Part shown: positions 31,762 through 42,492 of the stretch, in pieces
Numbering within the stretch: the first letter of the stretch is position 1
Layout of the letters: every line of letters begins with the position of its first letter
From: Candidatus Latescibacterota bacterium
Lineage (GTDB): Bacteria > Latescibacterota > UBA2968 > GCA-2709665
NCBI GenBank assembly: GCA_965226795.1
Contig: CBDDDZ010000005.1
Span: forward strand, 1,536,001-1,600,000
Direction: 5' to 3'
DNA length: 64,000 nucleotides
Notes under the pieces: model-generated
What the model was told of the DNA's origin: nothing
Seen by the model: only the letters and a program-made list of their open reading frames with translations
The model's database searches: none
Position numbers and translations under genes: made by a program

Positions 31762-32039
31762 ATCATTTCCAGAGAATACTCTATGAGCTCCACACGATGG
31801 TCCCGTTGCACCTGGTCCACGACTTTGGAAAGTACGCGATTGACGTAACGCGATTCGTTCGCCACCATGGCCACGCCAACCTCAGCCTTCTGCCAGAGTT
31901 CGTTATGGCCGACCTCCGAAACGGATACGTTGTATTTCGCCCGTATCCGTTGCTGAAGACTCTCCAGAACGCGGCGTTTCCCTTTTAACGAACCGCTCTC
32001 AGGCAGATATAAGACCAGACGACAAAGCCCGACGGTCAT
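31758..32039 (-). CDS. DUF503 (YlxP-like) protein
   Basis: SLKGKRRVL...NVSVSEVGHNELWQKA; usual position between infB and rbfA. Confidence 0.9.
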   Translation of the reverse strand: MTVGLCRLVLYLPESGSLKGKRRVLESLQQRIRAKYNVSVSEVGHNELWQKAEVGVAMVANESRYVNRVLSKVVDQVQRDHRVELIEYSLEMM

Positions 32040-32047
32040 AGGTAAAG

Positions 32048-34504
32048 TTAGAGCGTACGCGCGGTTTCAACGTGTTCATAGGCCTCAATCACGTCGCCCA
32101 GCTTGGTATCGTTGAAATTTTCCAGGCCGATACCGCATTCAAACCCGGACTGAACCTCCCTCACGTCGTCCTTGAACCTTCGCAGGGATCCAATCCGGCC
32201 CTCGTAGACCACAACATTGTCTCTCAGCACGCGCACCATGGCGCTGCGTGTCATTTTGCCGTTGTCGATGTAACAACCGGCGATGATTCCGACCCGCGGC
32301 ACCTGGAACGTCTCCCGGATCTGGGCCGATCCAACGATCTGTTCATCGATATTCGGGGTGAGCAACCCGGAAAGTGCCGCCCTGATGTCTTCAACCGCTT
32401 CGTATATCACCCGGTAGGAGCGGACATCGACACGCTCCTGAGCGACCACCTCACGTGCACGGACGTCCGGCCGTACGTTGAAGCCAATGATGATCGCATC
32501 CGAAGCGGAAGCGAGCAGGACATCGGATTCCGACACCGCGCCTACCCCGCGGTGGATCACGTTGATCCGGACTTCGTCGCTGGGCATCTGCATCAGGGAG
32601 TCGTGAAGCGCTTCTACGGAACCGTCGACGTCGCCCTTGAGAATCAGGCGCAACTCCTGAACCTGTCCGGCCTTGATTTGATTGTGAATGTCAACCAGGC
32701 TCACCCTGCGTATCCGATGGGCCTCCTGCTCGCGGCGCAGCTGTTGCCTTTTCTGGCTGATTTCCCGGGCGGTGCGTTCGTTTTCGACGGAGTAAAAGGA
32801 ATCCCCGGCCTGAGGCAGTCCGGACAGGCCGAGCACCTGAACCGGCACCGAGGGTCCCGCTTCGGGGACCGGTTGGCCACGCTCATCCAAAAGAGCCCTC
32901 GCCCTTCCGCTGTGGAGCCCCGTGACAAAGGTATCGCCAACTTTGAGCGTCCCGTCCTGCACAAGCACGGTCGCCACGTTGCCGCGGCCGCGGTCGAGGC
33001 GCGCCTCCACAATGGCGCCCTTGGCTCGTTTATCGGGGTTGGCCTTGAGCTCAAGCAGATCCGTTTCCAGGGCCAGCAACTCCAGCAAATCGTTGATATT
33101 CTCACCGGTCTTTGCGGAGATTTCACATGATTGAACCTTGCCACCGTAATTTTCGAGAATGACGTTGTGTTCCGTCAGTTGCCGCTTGATGCGATCCACA
33201 TCCGCGCCGGGGAGGTCTATCTTGTTGATGGCGAGCACGATGGGTACGCCTGCGGCGCGGGCATGGTCGATGGCTTCCACGGTCTGCGGCATCACACTGT
33301 CGTCGGCCGCCACGACAAGGACAACGACGTCTGTAACCTGGGCGCCTCGCGCGCGCATTGCAGTAAATGCTTCGTGACCGGGCGTATCGAGGAAAGTGAC
33401 CATCCGGCCGTCGTCCAGTTTCACGTGATAGGCGCCGATGTGCTGGGTAATTCCCCCGGCCTCGCCCGCGACCACGTTGGTATTGCGGACATAATCCAGA
33501 AGCGATGTCTTTCCGTGGTCTACGTGGCCCATAATGGTCACCACTGGCGGACGCGGCTTGAGATCTTCTTCCACGTCTTCTTCTTCCTGCTCGAGCACGT
33601 CTTCCGCGAATTCCTCGAGTTCTTCAACGCCAACTCCGAACTCGTCTGCGACCAGGGTAATGGTGTCCATATCCAGCCGCTGGTTGATGGTGACCATGAG
33701 GCCCAGGGTGAGACACTGTTTGATGACATCGGTGAGCGGTATATCCATCAGTGCCGACAATTCGCCCACGGTGGTAAACTCGTTCACCTTGATGGCACGG
33801 TCTACCTCTACCTCCTCGTCGGTATCTGTGTCGTCGCTGCGACGACGTCGACGTGACCGGGGCGTGCCGGACTCCAACTGCGCCATTGTACGACGTACGC
33901 TGGCTTCGATTTCCACCTGGTCGGCGCCGGGTTTGCCGCGCCTGCGTCGGCGTCGCTTGCCTTCAACACGATCGGGGGCGGGCTTATCCGGCGGTTTCGG
34001 CGTTCCGGCTTGGCGTCCAGGACCCCCCTTTTCTATAACCTCGACCGTCTGTTCTCTTCGGGATGTGTCTCGTCTTCGCCGCCGCGTTGCCTGGTCGTCA
34101 CGAATTTCGCGAATTTCGACAGCCGCCCGGACGGGCTCGACGGGCCCGGGGGCGTCCGTTGTCTTGGATGCGGGCTTTCTGGCGCCTCGCGCTCTGGCAT
34201 TGACCGGTGCCTTACGGGCTTCCTTCTCGGTTTCCTGACGTTGCTTTTTCTGCTCGGCCTTACGCTTGATTTCCTGGCGGGAGGCGTTCCGCTCCTCCTC
34301 GAATTTTCTCTGAATGCTCTTGAACATCTCCTTCGTACACACAGCCATGTGGTTCTTGGCATCGAACCCCAGCCCTCTGACAACTTCAACCATTGCAACG
34401 CTTGAAAGATTGAACTCTCGCGCCACCTCGTAGATGCGGCGTTTTTTGTCATCGGCGTCATCGGATGCCGGCTCAACCGTCATTGCGGGCGCCTTTCTGA
34501 TCAT
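32048..34504 (-). CDS. infB: Translation initiation factor IF-2
   Basis: [44 protein letters not shown]. Confidence 0.98.
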   Translation of the reverse strand: MIRKAPAMTVEPASDDADDKKRRIYEVAREFNLSSVAMVEVVRGLGFDAKNHMAVCTKEMFKSIQRKFEEERNASRQEIKRKAEQKKQRQETEKEARKAPVNARARGARKPASKTTDAPGPVEPVRAAVEIREIRDDQATRRRRRDTSRREQTVEVIEKGGPGRQAGTPKPPDKPAPDRVEGKRRRRRRGKPGADQVEIEASVRRTMAQLESGTPRSRRRRRSDDTDTDEEVEVDRAIKVNEFTTVGELSALMDIPLTDVIKQCLTLGLMVTINQRLDMDTITLVADEFGVGVEELEEFAEDVLEQEEEDVEEDLKPRPPVVTIMGHVDHGKTSLLDYVRNTNVVAGEAGGITQHIGAYHVKLDDGRMVTFLDTPGHEAFTAMRARGAQVTDVVVLVVAADDSVMPQTVEAIDHARAAGVPIVLAINKIDLPGADVDRIKRQLTEHNVILENYGGKVQSCEISAKTGENINDLLELLALETDLLELKANPDKRAKGAIVEARLDRGRGNVATVLVQDGTLKVGDTFVTGLHSGRARALLDERGQPVPEAGPSVPVQVLGLSGLPQAGDSFYSVENERTAREISQKRQQLRREQEAHRIRRVSLVDIHNQIKAGQVQELRLILKGDVDGSVEALHDSLMQMPSDEVRINVIHRGVGAVSESDVLLASASDAIIIGFNVRPDVRAREVVAQERVDVRSYRVIYEAVEDIRAALSGLLTPNIDEQIVGSAQIRETFQVPRVGIIAGCYIDNGKMTRSAMVRVLRDNVVVYEGRIGSLRRFKDDVREVQSGFECGIGLENFNDTKLGDVIEAYEHVETARTL

Positions 34505-34512
34505 TTTCCGAT

Positions 34513-36312
34513 TTACCTCCCGTCATGTTCCGATGGGCCGCCGACCTGATTGTCATCCGATGCCGTAGCCTCGACCGCCGCGTTTTCTTCTGAGAGATCA
34601 ACTTCCTCTTCCACCTCCGGCTCACTGCCGGCTTCTTCCTCGGCGACAGCAGCCGCAACGGCTTCTTCCTCGGCGACAGCAGCCGCAACGGCTTCTTCCT
34701 CGGCGACAGCAGCCGCAACGGCTTCTTCCTCGGTGACAGCAGCCGCAACGGCTTCTTCCTCGGTGACAGCAGCCGCAACGGCTTCTTCCTCGGTGACAGC
34801 AGCCGCAACGGCTTCTTCCTCGGCGACAGCAGCCGCAACGGCTTCTTCCTCGGCGACAGCAGCCGCAACGGCTTCTTCCTCGGCGACAGCAGCCGCAACG
34901 GCTTCTTCCTCGGCGACAGCAGCCGCAACGGCTTCTTCCTCGGCGACAGCAGCCGCAACGGCTTCTTCCTCGGCGACAGCAGCCGCAACGGCTTCTTCCT
35001 CGGCGATACGAGCCGCTTCTTCGGCGCGTTGCGTTTCCAGTTCCTCGCGGTAGGCCTGAACCTTAACGGATACGACCTTTTCCGCGGCACTCTGGATCTT
35101 TTCACCGGTGGATTCCCCTATTCCGGGCACGTCCATCAACCGGACAAGCGGGACTTCCACAAGATCATTGGCGGACAATATTCCCGCGGCATCAAGACGT
35201 TCGAGCATCACTTTACCCACCCCGGCGACTTCGGTAAGTGGAACAAACGTTGCCGCTTTCTCAACCTGCAATTCCTGGAACCGGGTCTCGGTGATAATTT
35301 CGACCTTCCAGCCGGTCAGTTGCGCGGCCAGGCGGGCGTTCTGCCCGGATTTGCCAATGGCAAGCGACAACTGGTCGTCGTCGACGATTGCCGTCATCGT
35401 TGTCTTGTTTCGATCCACCACCACGCGCTTGACCGTAGCAGGACTGAGCGCACGGGACAGGAAAATGGCGTCGTCGTCGCTCCATGGGACGATGTCGATT
35501 CGCTCGTTGCTCAACTCCCGCACAACCGCCTGGACCCGGGAACCCTTCATCCCCACGCAGGCGCCAACCGGATCGATTCGGGCATCGTTCGAATAGACCG
35601 CGATTTTCGCCCTTTCGCCCGGTTCACGGGCAACCGCCCTGATTTCGATAATGCCCTCATAGATTTCAGGGACTTCGAACTGGAAAAGCTTGACCAGAAA
35701 CTGCGGGTGGGTCCGGGACAGGACCACCTGAGGCCCCTTGGATGTGCGAAGCACGTTTACCAGATGGGCGCGGATGGGATCTCCCTGGCGGTAGCGCTCT
35801 TTCCGAATCTGCTCCTTGAGGGGTATAACTGCCTCCGTACGCCCCAGGTTAATCAGAATTTCGCCGTGGCTTATCTGCTGGACGGTGCCGCTGATGATTT
35901 CGCCAATTCGGTTCTGGTAATCCTCATAGATTTTTTCGCGTTCGGCTTCCCGAACCCGCTGGATCAGGATCTGCTTGGTGGACTGAATGGCATTCCGACC
36001 GAAATCGGCAAACCGGAGCAACTCCCTGATTTCCCCATTGACCTTGACGCCCGGTTCGATCTCGCGCGCAGCCGTGAGTCCGATCTGCATCGCAGGATCC
36101 TCAACCTCGTCGTCTTTGACGACGGATTTGGCGGCGAAAACCTCGATATTGCCGGAACTGACATCGATGTTTACCTCGACGTTGTCCGACGTGCCGAACC
36201 GCCTTTTGGTTGCGGAGAGCAGCCCGATTTCCAGGGTTTCAATGACCATCGCCTTGTCGACGTTCTTTTCCTGAGCAATCTGGCCCAGCGCCTCCAGGAC
36301 TTCGTAGTTCAA
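34513..36312 (-). CDS. nusA: Transcription termination/antitermination factor NusA with acidic repeat tail
   Basis: S1/KH motifs (AREPGERAKIAV, DPVGACVGMKGSRV, AIGKSGQNARLA), HhH region, then (A/T)EEEAVAAAV repeats. Confidence 0.97.
   Translation of the reverse strand: MNYEVLEALGQIAQEKNVDKAMVIETLEIGLLSATKRRFGTSDNVEVNIDVSSGNIEVFAAKSVVKDDEVEDPAMQIGLTAAREIEPGVKVNGEIRELLRFADFGRNAIQSTKQILIQRVREAEREKIYEDYQNRIGEIISGTVQQISHGEILINLGRTEAVIPLKEQIRKERYRQGDPIRAHLVNVLRTSKGPQVVLSRTHPQFLVKLFQFEVPEIYEGIIEIRAVAREPGERAKIAVYSNDARIDPVGACVGMKGSRVQAVVRELSNERIDIVPWSDDDAIFLSRALSPATVKRVVVDRNKTTMTAIVDDDQLSLAIGKSGQNARLAAQLTGWKVEIITETRFQELQVEKAATFVPLTEVAGVGKVMLERLDAAGILSANDLVEVPLVRLMDVPGIGESTGEKIQSAAEKVVSVKVQAYREELETQRAEEAARIAEEEAVAAAVAEEEAVAAAVAEEEAVAAAVAEEEAVAAAVAEEEAVAAAVAEEEAVAAAVAEEEAVAAAVTEEEAVAAAVTEEEAVAAAVTEEEAVAAAVAEEEAVAAAVAEEEAVAAAVAEEEAGSEPEVEEEVDLSEENAAVEATASDDNQVGGPSEHDGR
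34629..35006. repeat. Tandem repeat, 12 full 30-bp units plus a partial unit, inside nusA
   Basis: GCTTCTTCCTCGG(C/T)GACAGCAGCCGCAACG units start every 30 bp from 34631 to 34961; the T variant occurs in three adjacent units (34721-34810). Confidence 0.98.
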
Positions 36313-36324
36313 AAGGACATCTCC

Positions 36325-36774
36325 TCAAAATTCGAAATGGAGGTTGGCTTTTCTGACTTCGGCGGCGGGAACACCCCTGGGTTCGCCACCGACCGCCAAC
36401 ATAAGCTCCGACCTGTCGTATCGCGTCAACTGGCCAATCAGTACCCGCCCGCCTTCAAGTACAACCTTAACGGTCTGACCGACGGCCCGTTCGTAGTCGC
36501 GATCGGACTTGAGGAGCCTGTCCAGCCCGGGCGAGGAAACCTCAAGGATGTAGCGGCCGCTTATTGGGTCGTGGGTATCCAGGACATCCGCGATCCCGCG
36601 GCTGAGGCGCGCGCAGTCATCCACGGTAATACCGTTGGTAGATTCCACGTCGACGCGCAACGTTCTGCGCCTGGGACTACCGGTGAATTGCAGGTCGACA
36701 AGGTCCGCGCCCTGGAACTCCAGATAGCACGTGATCAACTTTTCGATGGATTCCTGCAGCGCCGGATCGTTCAT
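36325..36774 (-). CDS. rimP: Ribosome maturation factor RimP
   Basis: GITVDDCARLSR...YILEVSSPGLDR; upstream of nusA. Confidence 0.95.
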   Translation of the reverse strand: MNDPALQESIEKLITCYLEFQGADLVDLQFTGSPRRRTLRVDVESTNGITVDDCARLSRGIADVLDTHDPISGRYILEVSSPGLDRLLKSDRDYERAVGQTVKVVLEGGRVLIGQLTRYDRSELMLAVGGEPRGVPAAEVRKANLHFEF

Positions 36775-36904
36775 AAACCGGGAACACGAATGGAGGTCCA
36801 GATATTCAAAAGAGCGGGCACCCGCCCACTCTCGCTGTTTAGAAGACTAAATATATGGTATTTCACGCTATAGCGCAAGCGTTAATTTCCAGCCTGACAC
36901 CCGC

Positions 36905-37267
36905 TTATCCACCTCCGTCGACCAGGATCTTGAGTTCCCTGAGCATCTCACGCATCTCCGTGACAACCGAATCCGGTCCAGGCTGTTGATTCGGCACGAC
37001 CGTCTCCTTTTCGATGGACAGGTCTCTCCATAGGGAGGGTTCTTCCCTAAGCCGGTCCCGGGCACCCTGAAGCGTGTACTTTTCGTCCTGCCTCAGCCGC
37101 TTGATGGCCAGTACGATTCTGAGATCCCGCTCCCTGTAAAGGCGGCTGCCGGACCGGCCTCGCCGGGGCCGGAGCATGGAAAATTCCTTTTCCCAATAGC
37201 GCAATACCTGGGGTTCAATGCCGGTTTTTTCAGCAACTTCACGGATGGAAAAGTAGATCTTGTTCAT
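36905..37267 (-). CDS. MerR-family HTH protein
   Basis: KIYFSIREVAEKTGIEPQVLRYWEKEF...SRLY. Confidence 0.9.
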   Translation of the reverse strand: MNKIYFSIREVAEKTGIEPQVLRYWEKEFSMLRPRRGRSGSRLYRERDLRIVLAIKRLRQDEKYTLQGARDRLREEPSLWRDLSIEKETVVPNQQPGPDSVVTEMREMLRELKILVDGGG

Positions 37268-37273
37268 TCGAAT

Positions 37274-38593
37274 TCATCGCTTTTTCTTGAATACGATGCG
37301 TACAGGTGTTCCTTTCAGATCGAAGCGCTCCCGTATGCGGCGTTCAAGATAACGCCGGTAATGTTCCGGCACGTCGAGCGGTCTGGTCGTAAAAAAAATC
37401 ACCGTGGGCGGCTCGGCCAAGGGTTGAACGCAATAGTACATCTTTGACGCCCTCCCCCGCTTGGTGGGCGGCGGGTGGGCGGCATTGATTTCCTCGAGAA
37501 GGCGGTTCAAGGGGGAGGTGGCAATGCGCAGGCGTCGTTTGTCATAAACCTCCAGCGCCGTGTCCAACACTTTCCATGCCCGTTGACCGAATAGCGCCGA
37601 GGAAAAAAGGATGGGAAAATCCCTTAGAGAGGGAAATCGACCGGTAATATCCCGCGTTTGGACAATTGCCGTCTTGTCGTCTTTCTCGATCAGATCCCAT
37701 TTGTTCATTGCCAGCAGCGCGCCCTTGCCCAACTCGGCCGCGTTGCCGAGAATCTTGACATCCTGAAGTGTGATCCCTTCATTGGCGTCGGCAATCACAA
37801 TGGCGACGTCGCATCGCTCCAGACTTGACCTGGTGCGGACGGTGCTGTAATATTCGACCTGCTCTCTCACTCTCGTGCGCCTGCGAAGTCCCGCGGTATC
37901 GATCAGCAGGAAACCGCGGTCGTTTCGCTTCATCGGCAGATCGATCGCATCGCGCGTAGTGCCGGGAATCGGGCTGACCACCATCCGGTCCTCACCCGCC
38001 AACCGATTGAAGAAAGTGGACTTTCCGACATTGGGCCTGCCTACCACCGCAATGCGCGGCATGCCGGCCTCTTCTTCAGGGTCCGGATCGGTTTCCGGTA
38101 TATGTGCGATAACCTCATCCAGAAGATCTCCCGCCATCCGCCCGCTCAGCGCCGAAACGGGAACGGGATCGCCAAGGGCCAGACCGTAGAAGCCGGCCAC
38201 GTCCGGCACGTCGCGCTCCGAATCCACTTTGTTGACAACCGGAAGGCACGCTGTACCGTTCATGCGTACCAGACGGGCAATGGCCGCATCATCGTCGGTC
38301 GGCCCGGTCTTGGCATCCATGACCAGAAGGATCAAATCCGCTTCGGTCACGGCCACCTCCACCTGATCCACGACGGATTGCGCAATACCCGCCCCCGGAT
38401 TGCGCATATAGCCGCCCGTGTCCACCAGCGTAAAAACTCGCCGGTTCCAGGCAACCTCCGCATAGTTCCGATCCCGGGTCACGCCCGGCACATCGTCTAC
38501 AACGGCCCGGCGATGCCCCAGGAACCGATTGAAAAGCGTGGACTTCCCCACGTTGGGTCGCCCGACTATAGCTACGACTCGTCGCCTCGGCAA
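37274..38593 (-). CDS. der: Ribosome biogenesis GTPase Der (EngA)
   Basis: Two GRPNVGKST G-domains and a KH-like C-terminus. Confidence 0.97.
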   Translation of the reverse strand: MPRRRVVAIVGRPNVGKSTLFNRFLGHRRAVVDDVPGVTRDRNYAEVAWNRRVFTLVDTGGYMRNPGAGIAQSVVDQVEVAVTEADLILLVMDAKTGPTDDDAAIARLVRMNGTACLPVVNKVDSERDVPDVAGFYGLALGDPVPVSALSGRMAGDLLDEVIAHIPETDPDPEEEAGMPRIAVVGRPNVGKSTFFNRLAGEDRMVVSPIPGTTRDAIDLPMKRNDRGFLLIDTAGLRRRTRVREQVEYYSTVRTRSSLERCDVAIVIADANEGITLQDVKILGNAAELGKGALLAMNKWDLIEKDDKTAIVQTRDITGRFPSLRDFPILFSSALFGQRAWKVLDTALEVYDKRRLRIATSPLNRLLEEINAAHPPPTKRGRASKMYYCVQPLAEPPTVIFFTTRPLDVPEHYRRYLERRIRERFDLKGTPVRIVFKKKR

Positions 38594-38618
38594 GAAATGG
38601 GCTCCCGTGTATACCGCG

Positions 38619-40034
38619 TCAGGCCACCTGATGCGGCAGAATATACGGATGCGGCATGCTCATCTGATCGTCGTCAACGCCCGCCCGGGCATCGCCGCGG
38701 GCGACGCGCATCGCCGTATCCACAAGATCGTATGTACCAACGCAGACCTGGCAATTCAAGGCATTTTCCAGATCCGCCGGGGTCAGATCGTCCAGAAAAA
38801 GGCCGTGATGGCTCACGCAGTTGGGTGGCAGGATGACCATATCGGTCTCCCGCCACTGCCGCTTCAGCGCGTCCATCATATCCTTTCCGGTAAGCAGTCC
38901 CGAGACCGTGATACCCTCCCCCAGGAAACGGTTCCTTACCTCTACTACATGCACTGTCAACCAGGGGATTCGGTTCAAACGCTCCGCCATTGGCCGGATA
39001 AACTCCGCACCCAACACGCTCGTGACGAGCGTCATCGAGAACCGCCCGCAATTCTCCGATTCCAGTGCCGAGACACCGGCCTCGAAACGATCGACGAACC
39101 GGCGCACCATTCCTACACCGTTCTCCACAAGGGGAAAGCCATCGTAGTGAGGGGCATCGGGGATTTTTCGGCCTGCCATGAGATAGAATTCGTCACCAAG
39201 ATAGACGAAGTTGACGCCAAACCGCCTGTGAAGGCGACGCTGCCATGCCGCAGCCAGGTCCAGGCACTCGACGGCAACCTCCGGCGTAACCGGGTCCAGG
39301 CGGGGCAGATTCTGGCGGAATCGGGTCAACCCCAGGGGCACGATGCCCACCGATTCCACGGCTGGGTACCACTGTGCCAGATCGAACACCGTGCGTTTGA
39401 GGTGGTGCCGGTCGTTAAGTCCCGGACATAGAACGACTTGCGCATGCATTTGAATGTTGTGGCTCGCCAGAAAACCAATGCGTTCCATCACGTCCACCGG
39501 CTCCGCCCTTCCCAATAACGTGGCCCGGAGTTCCGGATCGGTTGCATGGACGGAAATGTACATGGGGCTAAGGCGCTGTTCAACAATCCTCAGAAATTCC
39601 GCTTCCGAAAGGTTCGTGAGTGTGACGTACGCACCATGGAGAAATGAGAGACGATAATCGTCGTCCTGGTAGTAGAGGGTTTTTCGCATCTTCCTGGGCA
39701 TCTGGTGGAGAAAACAGAATACGCATTTGTTGTTGCACTTGATGATGGGCATGTCCGCCAATGTCACGCCAAGGTCGTCGTCCGTTTCTTTTTCGATGTC
39801 CACGACAATGACGTCGTCTCCCCGCCGTAAAACGACCTTCACCGTCTCTTCGGCGACGTGGAAACGATAGTCGATCGGATCCCGTACCGGTTCCCCATTG
39901 ATGGATTCTATGATATCTCCCGGCTGGATTCCAACGGCCTGCCCGATACCTCCGTCGGCCACGTTCTCCACACCAAGCCCCACGACCGCTTCGTCGACCT
40001 GAGGGAGCCCCTCTACTTGACCTGATTTCTTCAT
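38619..40034 (-). CDS. PDZ + radical-SAM-like DUF512 protein
   Basis: N-terminal PDZ-like segment, CNNKCVFCF, DDDYRLSFLHG, ENGVGMVR, ITVSGLLTGKD. Confidence 0.88.
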   Translation of the reverse strand: MKKSGQVEGLPQVDEAVVGLGVENVADGGIGQAVGIQPGDIIESINGEPVRDPIDYRFHVAEETVKVVLRRGDDVIVVDIEKETDDDLGVTLADMPIIKCNNKCVFCFLHQMPRKMRKTLYYQDDDYRLSFLHGAYVTLTNLSEAEFLRIVEQRLSPMYISVHATDPELRATLLGRAEPVDVMERIGFLASHNIQMHAQVVLCPGLNDRHHLKRTVFDLAQWYPAVESVGIVPLGLTRFRQNLPRLDPVTPEVAVECLDLAAAWQRRLHRRFGVNFVYLGDEFYLMAGRKIPDAPHYDGFPLVENGVGMVRRFVDRFEAGVSALESENCGRFSMTLVTSVLGAEFIRPMAERLNRIPWLTVHVVEVRNRFLGEGITVSGLLTGKDMMDALKRQWRETDMVILPPNCVSHHGLFLDDLTPADLENALNCQVCVGTYDLVDTAMRVARGDARAGVDDDQMSMPHPYILPHQVA

Positions 40035-40232
40035 ATGAATTTATATGTACCTGTTAGAGAATAAAGTGCAGAAAAACCTTATACCATCACTTTGAAGTTA
40101 TAACAAATCGGGAAAAGGTCAAGAAAAATGTGGCGATGGGTACGCGTTTCGCGGTGGATCCCGTCAACAACCCCGGGCATTCGCCGGCATTCTGAGACTC
40201 ATATAACGCTTGTACAGGACCGATCCTTCCCC

Positions 40233-40773
40233 TCAAACTTCCGGCGCGGACATTAGTCGGGGACTGGCGCTGGCAACCTCGTTCAATATTGACGGATCCA
40301 GGTCGATAACGCGATGCAGGGTCTGTGCGTGAACAAGCTGCCGGACCGTCAGTCCCTCCGCTCCGGTGAACGTGGTACTGCAGAGGTTCGTGTTGCGAAA
40401 AACGGCGTTTTCCAGGTCCGTTTCCTTGAGGGAGCCTTCACTCAGATCGCAATCGGTGAAATCCGCGCCGGCAAGTACCGCCCCGTAGAGATTCACACAG
40501 TTCAAATTGGCCTGGAGGAAGGTGGCATTCCGGAGATGGCATCGCTCAGGTCCGTATGGTCCAGCACGTATGGTTGAAATTCGCACCGGTGAGCGTGGCC
40601 GAACTGAGATTGTCGTAACTCAGGTCCATTCCGCTGAAGTCCACGCCACTGAGGTCTTCGTAACTGAAATCGGCGCCCGACAGATCGGGCGCGAGGCCGC
40701 GATTCTCCGCCCGCCATCGATTCCAGGCCTGAACGCTTTCCCTGATGATGTTCAAATGGGTCTGATTGGCCAT
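40233..40773 (-). pseudogene. Pentapeptide repeat protein with two 1-bp frameshifts
   Basis: WNRWR...DLSGADFS...ANFNHT / VLDHTDLSDA / LRNATFLQANL run through three successive frames around 40540-40570. Confidence 0.75.
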
Positions 40774-40816
40774 TCTGTCGACTGTCAGAGGCAACGCGAT
40801 CGTTTTTGCATGGCGT

Positions 40817-41716
40817 TTACGTTGTGAGCGTGTTGACGAAATAGCCCAGAAAGCGCTCCGAATCCACGTCCACGCACACCTCTGCGTTGGCCTCGCATCC
40901 ATCGGACCGGATCGGAACCGTTGCGCCGTTGAGCCGGTCGGAACGTGTTTCAACGTGGATGGCGCCGGGTCGGGTATCGCAGAATGTGGGGTCAAAAGCC
41001 ATCGCTACGGCAAGCGGATCGTGGAGTACGGGATGCGTTCTTCCGGAGTCCTTGCTCCACAGTTGGATGAGTTCGAAGCACAGCCGGTTGATGGGCCGGT
41101 CCACCGATCCGATCGCCTGTACCTGCGCGGCGTTCATGCGGCATTTTTCGGTTACGTCGAGGCCCACCATGGTGATCGGAGCCCCGGCGCCGAAAACCAC
41201 GTGCGCCGCTTCGGGATCGCACCGGATGTTCCACTCGGCCCTCATTTGCCCAACACATCCGCCCATAAGACAAATCCTGGTCTTCTGTGCGAGACCAGGC
41301 TCAAGCGTGAACGCGGCGGCGATATTCGTCAACGGGCCTATCGGCACAAGCGTGACATCGCCAGCGCCGCTCATTACCGTATCGATGATGAAATCGACGG
41401 CGCGACCGGCGGTAGGCCTGGTCGGTCCCGGGTATCGCTGAATCGCCTCCATCTGCCGCGGTCGGTGCGATTCTATGGCTGCCCGGCCCTTCGATGCGGG
41501 ATCAAACAGCGGCTTCCCGAGACCCGCAAATACAGGAACGTCGCTCTTACCAAGCGCGTCCAAGACGCAACACGCCAACTCGGCGCGCCGCGCCGTATCG
41601 CGGAACACCGTAGTCACACCCAGCAACTCGATCTCCCCGCAAAGCAGCGCGAAAGTCAACGCGAGCGCGTCGTCGACGTCGTCTCCAATATCCGTATCGA
41701 GGATGATCTTTTTCAT
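40817..41716 (-). CDS. Nucleoside hydrolase (IUNH family)
   Basis: IILDTDIGDDVDDALAL, IGPLTNIA, EWNIRCDPEAA, LHDPLA; start at MKKIIL. Confidence 0.92.
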   Translation of the reverse strand: MKKIILDTDIGDDVDDALALTFALLCGEIELLGVTTVFRDTARRAELACCVLDALGKSDVPVFAGLGKPLFDPASKGRAAIESHRPRQMEAIQRYPGPTRPTAGRAVDFIIDTVMSGAGDVTLVPIGPLTNIAAAFTLEPGLAQKTRICLMGGCVGQMRAEWNIRCDPEAAHVVFGAGAPITMVGLDVTEKCRMNAAQVQAIGSVDRPINRLCFELIQLWSKDSGRTHPVLHDPLAVAMAFDPTFCDTRPGAIHVETRSDRLNGATVPIRSDGCEANAEVCVDVDSERFLGYFVNTLTT

Positions 41717-41807
41717 TTGTATCCTTTCCAGCGTTTCCATATCCGTCGCGCAGGGAACCCGACCGGTGCTCCCTATCGGCATTTTTTCGGGGAGCTTGTC
41801 AAAAAAA

Positions 41808-41842
41808 CAGCGGTCAGCCATCAGCGTGCAGCGGTCAGCTTT
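41808..41842. repeat. Five degenerate heptamer repeats CAGCnnn
   Basis: CAGCGGT CAGCCAT CAGCGTG CAGCGGT CAGCTTT. Confidence 0.7.
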
Positions 41843-41886
41843 AAAAGCGGCCATTTCAATCTATGAATTTCCACTTCCATTCAAAA

Positions 41887-42422
41887 TGTGGACGCTGAGC
41901 TTGTCGAAGCGCCAGCGTTTCGGGACCCGTGAGATGGAATCTCCCCCACCCTTTAACGTCCCCTATTCCCTTGCCCTTTTTCTTGCATCGCCCAAGAAAA
42001 AGGGCGAAAAAGAAGGGCGCCGCTCAGACGCCGCGGGGCTGCTTTTCCGCGAATCGCCTCAGTGGTGAAAGCGGCTTCAGGTGGCCTACAGAGATCGCAG
42101 GTTTCACCGAGTCGTGATGCTAAACGGATAAGCGCGGAAAAGCCCCCTTCACCTGGACCGGACGCGTTAGAGGCGAGGCGCTTTGCTGGGCGTGGAAAAC
42201 CCCCATGTGCCCTGGTGGTCCTGGACCGGAAATATATCACCACTCTTCCGCCTGTCTGCGTGCGTGAGACAGCACGCACAGGCAGGCCGATTCATCCCGC
42301 CTCGAGGCGTAGTGTTCGGTGCCTGCGCTGCTTGCATTGCGTGTGCTGCGTCTGTCGAAGCAAACTTGTCGAAATATTCCCTTGGCAAGCCAAACTGTGG
42401 ACGCTGAGCTTGTCGAAGCGCC
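41887..42422. repeat. Non-coding segment bounded by 27-bp direct repeats
   Basis: TGTGGACGCTGAGCTTGTCGAAGCGCC at 41887-41913 and 42396-42422; 13-bp perfect hairpin at 41973-42005. Confidence 0.8.
42251..42286. repeat. 36-bp variant of the CCTG(C/T)CTG...CAGGCAGG hairpin element
   Basis: CCTGTCTGCGTGCGTGAGACAGCACGCACAGGCAGG flanked by G and C. Confidence 0.7.
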
Positions 42423-42492
42423 CACGGTTCGCTACCGTTCGTTCTTCAGTGCCCTTCGCCATCGCACCAGTAACCATTTCAGGTCCTGACAG

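Noticed and set aside
34629..35006. 30-bp repeats as a CRISPR array
   Set aside because: Head-to-tail with no spacers, in frame inside nusA, and no cas genes nearby
35029..36873. Long + strand ORFs (614 aa here, also 24519-26033, 32072-33130) and similar shadows
   Set aside because: Antisense shadows of nusA/rimP, leuS/asnS and infB, expected in high-GC coding DNA
41929..42477. Short ORFs in the repeat mosaic
   Set aside because: Translations are made of repeat and hairpin sequence, with no RBS or recognisable domain
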